Assembly (NCBI GenBank): GCA_000388065.2
Contig: KB932208.1
Source: Fonticula alba ATCC 38817
Lineage: Eukaryota; Protista; Nucleariida
DNA length: 58,659 bases
Direction: 5' to 3' (one strand)
Part shown: positions 36,001 to 47,969 of the stretch, in pieces
How the letters are laid out: each line of letters begins with the position of its first letter
Position numbering within the stretch: position 1 is the stretch's first letter
Program-made: the position numbers and the translations under genes
Notes under the pieces: generated by a model
Database searches by the model: none
What the model was told of the DNA's origin: nothing
What the model saw: only the letters and a program-made list of their open reading frames with translations

Positions 36001-39000
36001 TGGGCCCCTGCCCGGCCGGGAGGGCCAGCAAATCCGACCGGCAGGTGCCGGTGCAGTCGGTGCTTCGGATGCCGGTGCACTGGTGGCAGGAGACATGGCA
36101 CGGAAGGCAGCGACCGGCCATGGGGACGTGCTGGGGGGCGCATTCTTGGACACAGGTGCTCCCCTGGAGGAGGTGGTCCTGACACCGCCAGCAGTTCTCA
36201 TCGGTGGGCCCATTGCACTCGGCACAGGCCTCATGGCAGGGGAGACATGCCATGGAGGAGTCATCCCGGAAATGGCCCTCCAGGCAGGGAGACTCACATG
36301 CAAGCAGGCCACCCGGCCGGGGGACCTGCTCGAGGCCGGGGATGCAGGCGGTGCATTCGTCGGCCGATGGCCCGGCGCAGTCGGCGCATGTGGCATCACA
36401 CGGCTGGCAGGCGGCCAGGGCCGGTTGCCCGAATGCCCCGGCCGGGCAGGAGGCCACGCACCGACCGTCATGCGTCAGGAAGAGGTGCCCCTCGCAGGAG
36501 AGGCACATGCTCGAGGTGCAGGATGTGCACCCCGCGGGGCAGGCCATGCACGGGCCGGCGCCCGAAAGCCAGCCAGGAGGCCGGTGGAATCCGGGAGCAC
36601 ACACCTCGCAGGCGTCGGGGGCTCCGGAACACAGGGCACAGGACCGGTGGCAGGCATGACAGCGGCCGGGCCCGGGGAAGTCCCCCGGGTCGCAAGTGCT
36701 TGTGCACAGAGAGTCGAGCAGGGCATCCGGCGACAGGAAGACCAGCCCCGGCTGGCAGGCAGTACACGCACTGGCCGATGTGCAGGTGAGGCAGGCCGAG
36801 TGGCACACCGAGCAAGACCCGTCGCCGGCGTCAAAGCGCCGGGCATCACACTGGTCACAGGTGCCGGGTGTGGAGCAGGCAATGCAGCCGCTGTCGCAGG
36901 GGACACAGCGGCCATCCGCCAGGCGGAAGCCCATGGGACAATCGGTGGCACATGTCCGGCCATCGGGCTGGAGGGCCGTGGCGCCGGGGCAGGTCAGGCA
37001 GGCGATCGGGCTGCCGGGATGCGTGCATGTGGCGCAAGATGCGTGGCAGGCGTGGCAGGCGGTGGCCGTCGCATTGGGGGCCGTGCTGGCCGGGCAGGTG
37101 GAAACACATGTGCCGGAGTCCGGCAGCAGGAGCAGCCCCGGCTGGCAAGAGAGACACCTGTTGGGCTGGGAATCGCAGGAGGCACACCCGGGCACGCATT
37201 CGAAGCAGACGCCCATGGTGGCCTCCAGGAGGAAGCCCTGGCGGCAGGCCGTGCAACGGAAGGCATCCGCACAGGTGCTACACCCGGCCGGGCAGGGCTC
37301 GCATGCACGGGCATGCTCGTGTGGCCAATACCCGGGGGGGCATTCGGCCGCGGGAGCACATGAGCCATTGGGCTGGCGATATGCCCGGTCGTCGGAGCAG
37401 GCCAGGCAGGCAGTCGGGCTGCCCGGGGCCGCGCACTGGCTACAGGTGCTGTGGCAGGCCAGGCATCGGTCGGGGGCCGGGTCCGAGGGATCGAGTGCCA
37501 TGCCGGAGGGGCAGGCCGTGCAGAGGACCGACTCCCCGACTTCGGGGGCCGAACAGGCAGCACAGTCGGCACGGCAAAGGCATGCCCCGGAGGCGTGGCG
37601 ATGGAGGCCAGGCGGGCAGACGGGGAGACATGTGGCCGGGTCGGCGGGCAGGAAGAAGTTGCACCCGGGCTGGGAGCAGTCGGTGGCCAGGGGGCCGTGG
37701 CATGCTTGGCAGTCTTCATGGCAGGGGCCACACTCGGGGGCATATGTGCCCAGGGGACATGCCTCCGGGGCCACCTGCAGCAGGAAGGTGCTGGACGGAT
37801 TGGAGCGTGACACGATGAGGAAAGCGGCGGCGGCGGGCTGGCCATCCGAGAGAGAGCCCGACTGGGGAAGTTGAGCCGCGGTGATGAAGGTATGTTCGGT
37901 GACCGACAGGCCGGCCGGGTAGGTGGACATGTGTGAAGGCCCCAGCTGGCAGACGGCGTGGCCCAGGGGACAATGTAGCAGAAGGACGCCGAAGAAGTCG
38001 CGGTGCAACACCACTAAGGCACTGGGGTATTCGGGATACCCCTGCAGGTGGAGGGCCTGCGCATGGAAGACAGTCGAAGGGGCAGTGGATTTGTTCAGGG
38101 GGAGGGGGCCGCGGCTGCTGGGGGACCCGGCGATTTGCCGAGTGCGCTGTTGGGGCTCCATGCCGAGTGGATAATGGATGACAAGCCAATGGGGCACGGT
38201 GTTGATCAGGGCGATGCCCGTCAGCAGAAGATCATACTGGGGCAGGTGATGCGGTCGGGAACCGGAGGCCAATGCCATGGGGCGCCAAAAAATGGATGGC
38301 ACAATGCCGGAGTTGAGCATGTGGATGGGCCATGTGCTGGAGTGTGCGGCCGGGCGCCCAGCCGGAGGAGCGGGCTGCTGGCGCGGGGATGTGCTGCTGG
38401 TCGAGGTCCCGGACCGGGTGCCCACCGGGTGCCGGGACACCGCCGGGGCAAGTGGCATGACGTTCGGGGGATTGTGGGTCTGGATGTGCTGCCAGTCCTT
38501 GGTGGAGGTGCGTGCATCGCCGAAACTCACCAGGTCCCAGGGATGAGCAACGAAGCCGGCATTTTGGATGTACTGATAAACCCACGAGACGGGCTGACCG
38601 GTGGCCGGGTTGGTGTGGATGGCCATGGCGGCGGAGGTCCTTTGATCGGCTGTCAGGATGCCCTCCACTTTGATGAGGCTGCCGTCTGGGCGGAGCTCGT
38701 GAAAGGGACCATCATAGGAAACGACCGTCGGCGAGATGCGATTGCCAAGGGCTTGGGTGGAAAGGGACGAGGCCGGAGTCGCCAGTGGGGAGTGCAAAGC
38801 GGGGCATTCATCCTCCTCGCCATGAAGCGGAAGGTGGCACTCGAAGGTGATCTGGGACTGCTGGCCGGAAAGCACAATGAGCAACACCAGGCGGATGGTA
38901 TCGCCCTGGCGCAGTGGGCCAAGCTCGAACATCTGCCGGACGGAAGAGACGCTGGGAAGTCGCTCCAGCGGGTGGACCTGCAGCGGAGCTGTCAGGTCAC

Positions 39001-40751
39001 TGGCCAGGCTCCGGACATCGACCATGGCAAAGGTGCCGGTTTGCAAGATGGCCAACATGCCACCGGGCTCCCGGGCCGACAGCGAATCACGGGAAAGGTA
39101 GAGCCGGCCGTCTCGGTGGAACATGCGAGTTGGAGTGAGAGCCGCGATGTTTTTGTCGGCCTGCTGGGAGATCCGTGTCAGGGGCATATGGGGCCGGGAG
39201 GGGGGAGGATCGGGCTGGCACTCGGCCTGCGCCGGTTGATAGCCCGGGCCGCAGATGCTCACGCATTGGGCAGAGGGGGCGCCATTTACCAGGGTCCGAC
39301 GGAGCAGGTAGCCATCCATGCAAGCGGTGCACACCCCGGCCACACAGGCTCGACAGTGGTCTCCGGGGCAGGGCCGGCAGTCATCTGGGCAATGGTCGAG
39401 GCATGGTCGTGTGAGTAGCGTGATGTTGGTGGCGGTGGGAGGGGGGGAGCAATGCCAGGGGCAGGGGGACGGGGGCAGGAAACATGGGTGTACATCGGTA
39501 TGGAGAAAGGGCCACCGCGTGGAATCCATCGGCGCACGCGGCACAAAGCTCCATCGGCGAAGCCAAGGGCGCGTACACCCGACCGGGGGCGCATTTCCAC
39601 GAGCCGGTGGCCGGGTCGCACACGATCGAGGGGTCGGCCCCGGTGCACCCGAACAATGGGCCGGTGGGGAACACGCGCACATGTTGATGGGCCAGCCACA
39701 GTTCGGGGGGATGTGCGCGGGCATTGGCCATCGACACGGGCAGCATGGCGGACTGCAGGGGATTGAAGTGGCCCGGAGCTCGAACACGCTGCCACAGAAG
39801 CCGCGTGGGGTGGTAGTTCACGCGCCAGAGGGCTTTCGTGGATTGGTGGACCAGATGCAAGTACCCGGTGGGGAGGGTGATGTGCGGCACACGGGGGACC
39901 ATGTGGAGGAGGAGGTGGTCTTGGGCCTCGGACAGGGGACTGGTGAGGAGGTCGAGCCAGGTGTTGTTGGGACCCAGGCCAATGTAGATCTGCAGCTCGC
40001 CGGGCGTGACAATGACCAGATCCATGCGATCCGGGTCGGCCGTCAGGAAGCGCGTGGCAGCCATGTCGAGGATTGGCTGGCTGGTCGAGGTGGCTCGCGA
40101 TCGGGCGCCCTCTTGCAGCCAATACCAAGAAGAGGGCGTGGCTAGGAAGAGATTCCCGGGAAGACCGGCGGTCGCACTCCTCGGCTCAACGGCCAACTTG
40201 GACGAGGAGAAGATGTTGTTCTCGAAGTGCAGGAGGACCGCGGCGCCCTCATGATCGACCAGGATCCGGGCCACCGTCGGTGCGATAACATCCACCGCGA
40301 GGATAACTGGTTGGATGTTCCCGTCGAAGGAGTAGGGGTGATTGTTATGTTGCCAGGTCAGGTAGACAAGTTGTCTGTCTTGCCAGGCAAACATCGGCTG
40401 CTGAAGCTCCGGCGTAGGGAGGGCCATGAGCGTGGGGACGGCCGTTTCGGGGATATTGAAGAGGGTGAAGGATAGGTCGCTTTGTCGGGAGAAGAAGGAC
40501 CCGAGGCGCAGGGAGGGGAATAGGCCCTGCTCGGTGCGCTGCGGGTAGAAGTTGGCTGCTCGGTTGTCAAAGACGTATTGGACAATGGATCCCGGGGAGT
40601 ACATGCGGCCGAAGTTGTGGGCCGGCAGGGGGTCCATCTGGTGGGGGCTTTCCACGAGAAAGGTGTCCGGAAGGTCCACATCGGCTGTGGACCCGGCCCA
40701 CAGCGGGCTGAGGAGTGCAAGCACCGCCAGGAGCAACGTCCAGAGCGACAT
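33030..40751 (-). CDS. Receptor-like TKL-type kinase with furin-like stalk (non-RD, HCD), ~2334 aa, 8 exons
   Basis: Exons 40751-39494, 39384-34720, 34630-34524, 34414-34399, 34326-34300, 34205-34035, 33949-33892, 33732-33030 sum to 7005 nt, in frame, all GT-AG. Signal peptide MSLWTLLLAVLALLSPLWAG; TM LGLGVGLGLLLLLLLLALAICLLW; kinase GTGAQA, VAIK, FQNE, HCDLKPAN, DFG, YAAPE. Confidence 0.9.
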
Positions 40752-41399
40752 GTGGCTTTTGGCGGGCGAGCAAACGGTCTGAGGGAGGATGGGTGGGGGG
40801 AGGGGGGGGGGGTGTGCTTGTCGGAGTTGACCAGGGCGTGGGACCCGGGCCGAGCCATCCTTTTGGAGGGGAACCTGCGGCGATCGTGTTCGTTTGTTAC
40901 TTCTCCCCGCCAAGGGGCCCCGATGCATGTGGAATCCCCATCCGACGAGACCCCATCAGTTGATGCCGGCCGACCAGGGGCGGGGCGGGGCGGGGCGGGG
41001 GGGGGGGCCACGCCCCAGGTGCCAACTGCATTGTCCCGGCCGCTGCCACGCCTCGCTCGAGTGCCAACCCTCGGGCCTTGGGGGCACATTATGGCCAGGC
41101 GGCGGTCGGGCAGGGCGCGGGGAGCGTCCGGATCATGCCGGGTTGCGAGGTCCTCGTCTGGGGGGAGCACGGGGGGAGGAGGCGGGGGGGTCGTTGCAGC
41201 CTCTCCCGCGGGAGGAACACCAGGAGAAAAGGCATCTGAATGGCGGGCCTTGCCGGGCCATGTTCGCTGCCCCCCCCCCCCCCCCCATCCCCTGCCCGGA
41301 AAGTGAATGCCCCTCGGGTTGAGGCCAGCGCTGCGCGTCGAGAACCGCGGCCCTCAAGGCGTCAGCTTGGGATGCCTTCCGGGCCGGCACCCATGTGGC

Positions 41400-43450
41400 G
41401 CCAACCGGCCGTCCCGGATGGTGGCGGCTCCCCTCGGGGGCATGGGCGGTCCCGGGTGCCGTGCAAGATGTTGGCTGTGGCTCGAAATGCATGGACCCAA
41501 TATGAGCGCCGGGGACGGGATCATGAGAGAGGGGGGCGCCCGAAAGGGTCCTGCGCTTGGATGGCCGGCAAAGGACCGGACTCCCGGGAGAGCAGAGGTA
41601 TGGTGTTCGTGATGTTGGCCGGGCTGGGAGGGGATGATTGGTCGGAGCTTTCCGCCGGGTGGCGGCAGATCACCAACTGGCGGTGAGTGTGCCATCATGG
41701 CGGGCAGCGGAGGCGCTCTGTCGCACGAAGCACATGGTGCCCGGCTACTGTGGCTGACCCTCGGAAGGACGGGCCTCGTGCAGGCAGATGTATGCGCCCT
41801 TGCCGCATGATTATACATGGGGAGGGATTACTGGTCGGCCGAGCCGACAGGCCAATAGCGCCATTACTGGAGACGGGAAGAGGAAGCGGGGCGGAGTCCA
41901 TGTCCAGCATGGGCCGCCAGACCGGCTGATGATCCGTCCAATGGGGCCGGCGCGGGCTCGGAACCAGAGAACCGGGATCCATCCGGGGGACACCCGTACG
42001 CCCACCAGTGCTCCAACGCTCGGCGTGATGCCAACCATGGCCCAGGCAGCATGCAGTCGAAGGGGGCCAGGGGTGGGTCGAAATCCGCCAGGCTGCAAGG
42101 AGACGGCTCGGCCGGCGGACAGGGCCGATATTGCCGAGAGAGGCCAGGGTCTGGGTCAGGCCCTTACGGGCCCGGGAAGCTGTAGCTGCCGTGGTCCACC
42201 GGCATGCTGCTCGTGGGCTGAACATGTCCATGCCTGGCGGCCAACACCCACGGATGATGTGGGGATCGCGGCTCGGGGAAGTCGATTAGGTCCGGCGGGG
42301 GGCCTCATCTATATTATTGCCCCATGGCCCCGACCGACGGGTCTCCAGGCCCCTCTCCGGTCCTGCCCACCGGAACGCGGACAACAAGCCGAGGATGGTC
42401 CTCGGACCAAGGGGGGGAGTTGGAGTCTGGCACGTCGATGGTCGGTGGTCATGGTCCCTCCGCGAGTTCTTTCCGCATGCTTGGAGGGACATGCGATGGG
42501 AGGTTCATTGGGGGGCCCCTCGTTCGGATGATGGATGTGCCTTCGGGCAGGATGGCCATGTCGGGCCGTGCTCGAAATAACCGGGGCAAGGCGGGATTCC
42601 TGCCTGGTCGCAGGAGCCAGGACGGCCTGGACCTCGTATGGGAGGGCGCCTCCGAAGGAAGTGGTCACTCAGCACCGGTGAGTGTCTTCCTCGGAGGCGG
42701 GAAGCGATGATGTGGGATGGTACTGTGACTAGCGGGGCGCCAGGCCGCCGGGCCGGGCGGACATGGACTGTCCGCGGAAATGTCCAAATACTTTACTTTC
42801 GAGCTGCTGCGCTTCGTCGATGCACCTCTTCCTGGCTGTACGGTCGACTGGTCCACTGGCACACGGTGGATCAGGCCCCGGTTCCCCTGCGATGGGCTCC
42901 CTTGGAGAAGCGTGTTCCCCTGTTCAACGGTCAGCTGGTATGTACCAGCGCGGGGAGATCCCAACTTGGGGGGTGCCGCCAGGAGATCTCTGTCTGGACT
43001 CTGGCGATTCTCATGCCTGGCCACAGGGCGACGCGAGTGGTCGTTCCCTTTTCGCCCCCATCCACAATCTTTTTTTTTTCATTCAGGCCGATGTAGCCCG
43101 CTTGGCATCCCGGCCGGGGTAACCGCGCAAGGCACCGTGCACCGGACCAAAGCATGGGCCCCACTGGCCCCATCATCCCGCAGGAGCACGCTCCAATGGT
43201 CCCCCTTTCAACGGGGGCACACGGGCATAAACCTCGACCAAGGCTAATGCCATTGGGACACACGATAGAGGCCCTGCACCATAACCACGCGTATGTGCCG
43301 CCAATCGCGCCAGAGACGCGACTGGGCTGCTGCTTCTGTGGCAGGAGAGAAAGAGGGGTGTATTTCCACGCAATGTATCCGGGCAAGAGCCCGCCACGGA
43401 CACGCGAGCACGATGTGCTGGCCGCCGGCCCTGCCTGGCCGGAGACCGCT
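41400..43450 (-). pseudogene. Probable decayed paralogue (end of domain 1, hinge, domain 2)
   Basis: LWRDWRHIRVV (cf. LWLAHQHVRVF), then a frameshift to SIVCPNGISLG..CAP..GACSCG (cf. SIVCDPATGSWKCAPG / SIVCDREDFLLGTSLG). A phase-1 GTGCAC donor at 43142 sits at the family hinge-intron position. SPRAGTY (42958) to SCTAPGTAHAPE (41465) is 1493 nt, versus 1494 nt for CGPGY to CPLGTYAPE in the 33030-40751 gene. Judged by eye. Confidence 0.5.
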
Positions 43451-43560
43451 CACATGAATTGCCCCCCTCCGGAGGCGACTCCCCCGATGTAACTGGTTGT
43501 GTCTTTGGGAGGGGGGGGCTTTCCCCGGGGGGGAGGGGGGCGGGAGGCGGAGTGGCGATA

Positions 43561-45805
43561 TCAGTCAGCCTCGCACATCAGGCCATCCGCCGAGAGAGTG
43601 TACCCCGGGGCACAGGCCACACACTGGAGGGCACGCTGCTCCGGGTGGTGGGGGTGTTTGACAAAGCAGTGGAGGCAATGGTCCGGGCACGGCACGGCAA
43701 AGCGGTCCTTCTGGGTCTGGTAGAAGAGCCCCCAGCCGGGCTGGGTGAGGGCATCGGCCGTGCACCGGGCGGCCGGGGTGATATCGAAGGAGCTGGCCGG
43801 GTCCAGCTGCTTGACCCGGGGGATGTGGTTGGGGCTGGCGGTGCACTGCATGCAGCCGATGCCCAGGCCGTTGTAGCAGGTGCCGCAGCCGCCGCCACAG
43901 GGGAGGCAAGCCTTGGCATACTTGTAGAAGCCCTCCGGGCAGGTGGTGAAGCACTCGCTGTCGCCGAAGAGGGCGTGGGCGAACTTGCAGGCGGTGCAGT
44001 TGGTGGCATTGGTGCAGGTGGCGCAGCCCGGGTCCAGGCAGGGCAGGCACTGCTTGCCGACTTGGTAGAAGCCCTCCGGGCAGTGGGCCACGCAGTACTG
44101 GCGCTGCTTCTTCTCGCGCGGCAGGACCAGCAGCATGCCGTCCCGGCAGACGGTGCAGTTGTCGGTGTACAGGTGGCATTGGGCGCAGTTTTCGTGGCAG
44201 GGCTGGCACTGTTGCTGGGCCGGCAGCGGGTCGAAGTCCCACGTGGTGCCGGAGCCGCAGGGCGAGTAGCACTCATCGGCTCCGAGGATGAAGGAGGGGT
44301 AGCACCGGTAGCAGGTGTACTTGTCGGTGCACAGGGCACAGTCCACATCGCAGGGGGAGCAAATGCCGAAGCGATTGTAGGTGGCCCCGGGGCAGGTGGT
44401 GCGGCAGGCATTTTGATGGAGCACATGGTTGGGGGTCTTGCAGCTGAGGCAGATGCTCGGGTCTTCGTGGGCACACCGCTCGCACTTGGGATCCAGGCAG
44501 GGGGAACACCGGCCGGCCAGGGAATCCTTGGTCGTCTGGGGGGGGCAGGTGTGACCACAGGAGCCGTCGGGATGGGCGAAAAAGCCCCGCAGGCAGGAAA
44601 GACACCGGGCCGGATTGGTCGGGTCACAGTGGAGGCAATTGCGCGGGCAGGCGAGGCATGTGCCGGCTCCATTGTCCACCGTGGTGGCCGGGCATTGGGG
44701 CTCGGCTTCGGGGTCGCCGTGGGCACCGTAGCCCCGGACACAGGCGCCCGTGTGGACGGGCTGGCCCTGGGCGGCGAAGGCCTTGGTGCTGTGTGCCAGG
44801 AGGAAGCGCCCGGCCGGGCACCGGGTGCAATCCTTGGCTCCGGGGCCGGCGCACTCGTCGCACGAGTCATGACACTGGAAGCACACGCCGGGGCGGCTGC
44901 ACTTCAGCAGATGGCCATACTCCGGGCGGGCGAACACCTCGTCGGTGGGGGCCGCGTGGCGGGACATGGGCCAGGCCGCGCAGTCGAAGCCCTCGGGCAC
45001 CAGGCGCCGGGGGATGCAGTGGTCGCCGCAGGGGAGATGGTCGGCCGTGGGGCAGGCACTGACACAGCGCCGGTCGGCATTCAGCCAGTACCCCGGGGCA
45101 CACTGGGCGCAATCTTCATTGATGTGGGGATGGGCAAGGACCTGGCAGCCGGGCAGGTCGAGGGGCTCCGGGTGGCAGAACCCCTCGCCGGCGGCTTGGA
45201 ACCGACAGACGGCACACTGCTTGTGGTTGCCGGGCACCACGTTCCAGCAGTGGGCCGGGCCAATTTGCAGGAGCTTCGCGCTGGACACCGCCAAGTCGGG
45301 GAGCTCCTTATCCAGGAAGGCATAGCCATCGACCAGGCGATAGGCGCTACTGTACTGGAGGCACTTGAGGTCGCCGGATTCGTACTTGGCGCGGAGGCAC
45401 CGGCGCAGGCTCGGGTAGCAATACTCGTGGTTCAGGGCCTCGCCTGATGCCAGTCCAGCGGGGAGGGGGGGGGGGGGGGGCAAGAAACACCGGCACAAAG
45501 CCCGTCCATGGCAGGAGAGGAGGGGGGGGGCAGTGGACAGAGTGCAGGGGGATGCTCGGTCAGGCGGCGTGGGGCATGCCTCCAGGGAGCAAGGCGGATG
45601 CAAGGGAAGGGGCGGGGTGCATGTGGAAGGCGTGCATGCGGACATCGGGGGGCCATGGGGCGTGGGTCGTCGTACCGGGGGCATTGCATCTGGCACTCGT
45701 GATGCGGGTGAGGTCCTCCTGGGCACTGGCAAAGCCCACGACGCCGCTTGCCAGGAGGAGCAAGAGGGCCGAGAGGAGACGCCAGCCGGGCGTGGCGGGG
45801 AGCAT
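43561..45805 (-). CDS. Secreted furin-like Cys-rich repeat protein without TM or kinase, ~670 aa, 2 exons
   Basis: Exons 45805-45676 and 45443-43561 (2013 nt, phase-1 GTACGA..CAG intron). Signal peptide WRLLSALLLLLASGVVGFASA; continuous CxxC / CPxGxY repeats; ends LMCEAD* with no hydrophobic anchor. Confidence 0.85.
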
Positions 45806-46228
45806 GTTCACAACGGGCACCGTTGGTCGGAGAAGGAGGGGGACCTTGGGGCGGCGGGGTGTCACTCTTCGATGGGGGGTCAGTGGGCGGCGGATGGGCG
45901 AAGACAGGGGCTGGGGTGGCGGGGGGTGTTTGGTCATGTCGGGCGCCGGAAATATCGGCACGAGTGGGGCATTTATACCCCTCTGGCTGGGGGGGGGGGA
46001 GACCAACGACTGTGGCCCGCATGGTGGATGGCAGAAGGGAAGTGAATGTGTGGGGTGCTGCACTGCGGCCGGGGTGGGCGTACACGGAGGGGTCCACCGA
46101 GACCAAGCAGGCAGTCGGGCGAGCGTAGATCCGCCTCAGGGACGACCACATGCGGTAGGTTGCGCATGGGTATCGAGTGTCCAGGGCTCGAGGGGAGGGG
46201 GCGGAGGGGGAGGCGCGTTGCCTGGTCC

Positions 46229-46309
46229 GAGGCCCTGGGCCCTGCCCGAGACTCAGGCCTAGCATGAGGCCCTGGGCCCTGCCCGAGACTCAGGCCTAGC
46301 ATGAGGCCC
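46229..46309. repeat. Perfect 37-bp tandem duplication (2 copies plus 7 bp)
   Basis: GAGGCCCTGGGCCCTGCCCGAGACTCAGGCCTAGCAT at 46229-46265 and 46266-46302. Confidence 0.95.
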
Positions 46310-47690
46310 GGGCGAGGGGACGGCAGGTGGGACATCTTCCAGGCTCTTTGTTAGCTGTTGAGAGGGGCCAGGCAGTTGCTCCGGGGGTGTTCACGCGGAC
46401 TCATGCGCACGCACGCCGGTTGTGGACAAAAATGCCCAAACATGAATTGGACCCAGGGAAGAGGTGGTGATCCTGCTCCCCCCCCGGGTCCGAGAGAACC
46501 CCAGAGAGGGGACGGCCGAGGGTGATCGGCGGCTGGAGGGGCGGGAAACACGAAACAGGGGGCCCCATGGCGCGGGTGGAATGCCCTTGGCAGGGGGCGC
46601 CCGGCGTGCCGGATCCGCTCGGACAGGCATCCCCTGGCGGGGTGGCAGATTTTCGCGAAGGCGCTCCCTGGTGCTCCCGAATTCGTGATCTCCTTCTTCA
46701 GATCGCTGGTGGAATATCACCCGAGGGTCGACTGGTACGCGGGGAGTTGGAGATGGGGTCCGCCGTGTCGACTTGCGCTGCCGAGGCGGCTTCCGATTGC
46801 CGGCTGATGGCCGCCCCCCCCCCGCGGTGGACACAAGGAGGCCCGCCCGAGGCTGGGGCGCCCTCTGACATTGAGAACTGCGGCGATCCTTCATCCGAAG
46901 GAGCGGGTACTTTTCCCCTGGTGCGGGGAATGCCCGGCCCGGGTGTTGGCTGGGTATAGACGAACTGACCGATGATCTGGGAGTATGCCATCTTGGCGGA
47001 GGAAGGGATGTGATGGGTTTGGCCAGATGCGCGTCTCCACGCCCGGCAAAGGGTCCCGGGCGGGACCGAGCCTCCGGTCGAAGACGGGGCGGGTGACAGC
47101 CCCTTTGTCGAGGCCCGCCGGGTGGGGAATCATTTGCTTGGGTCCCCGGGGGCCGGGGAATAAACATATCGGGCTCAAGGGGCCCGGCTTTAGTGAGAGC
47201 TCGAGGGTCAACAACGGCATGGCAAGGGATTGGGGAGGCGGGATTCATGCTTCAAGTGCCTCCCAGTGGTGCATGGGGTCAGAGACGCTGGGGCCACGGG
47301 GGACCGAGGAGAGGGGGAGGCGATGGCCAAGGTGGCCCAGAGGCGACGCGACGCGCCGCGCCACGGGGAATGAGGGGGGGCGCGAATGCGGCACAGTCGC
47401 TGCAACCCCTCGCGTGCTCCCTCGACCCGGGAAGGCTCATGGACGTTATGCTCGAAAGGTCATCCGGTGGCGCAGGCCATCACAGACCTCGGTGAGGGAT
47501 TAGGGGGGACGAGATTCAACCTCGGAAGCAGGGAGGCGGGGCCGGGAAGGTGAACGGGCAGGGCGGCGCCCGAGCAACGGCGTGAGGTAGGCGCGCATTG
47601 GAAGAGGGAGAGCCGCTGGCTTCTCGCGCCGGAACTTGGGCGTGTGGCCAACGCCAAGCCAAAGGACATGCCTCCGGCCAGCGGAGGATC

Positions 47691-47969
47691 ACTTTGCCCA
47701 AAAAGAGGTCCTTGGATTGGGGGCAGACCGGGGGGGGGGGGGGGGCAAGCCATTCACCTGGGACAGGATCTCGGGCGGGGTAGTGACCCCCCTCTAGCAG
47801 GCATCAAGCCCGGCGTGGGAATGACGACATCCCCTGCCTGCAGGACACGATGCATGGCACCATGCTGGATGGTGAGATGCAGGACACCACGCGGACCAGG
47901 AGGCGCCGCCAGGGGAAAGTGCCCCCCGGAGCCATGCCCCCAATCCAAGGGCCTCTTTTTGGGCAAAGT
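47691..47969. repeat. 35-bp inverted repeat (1 mismatch) around a 209-bp spacer
   Basis: ACTTTGCCCAAAAAGAGGTCCTTGGATTGGGGGCA (47691-47725) is the reverse complement of 47935-47969 at 34/35 positions. Confidence 0.9.

Noticed and set aside
34433-37363. 976-aa plus-strand ORF (likewise 43459-45447 +, 3910-5637 -, 30238-32061 -)
   Set aside because: Antisense shadows of GC-rich coding exons with no recognisable motifs.
43085-43150. tRNA-like start GGCCGATGTAGC
   Set aside because: No T-loop GTTCRA and no cloverleaf; it lies in the inferred relic intron on the other strand.
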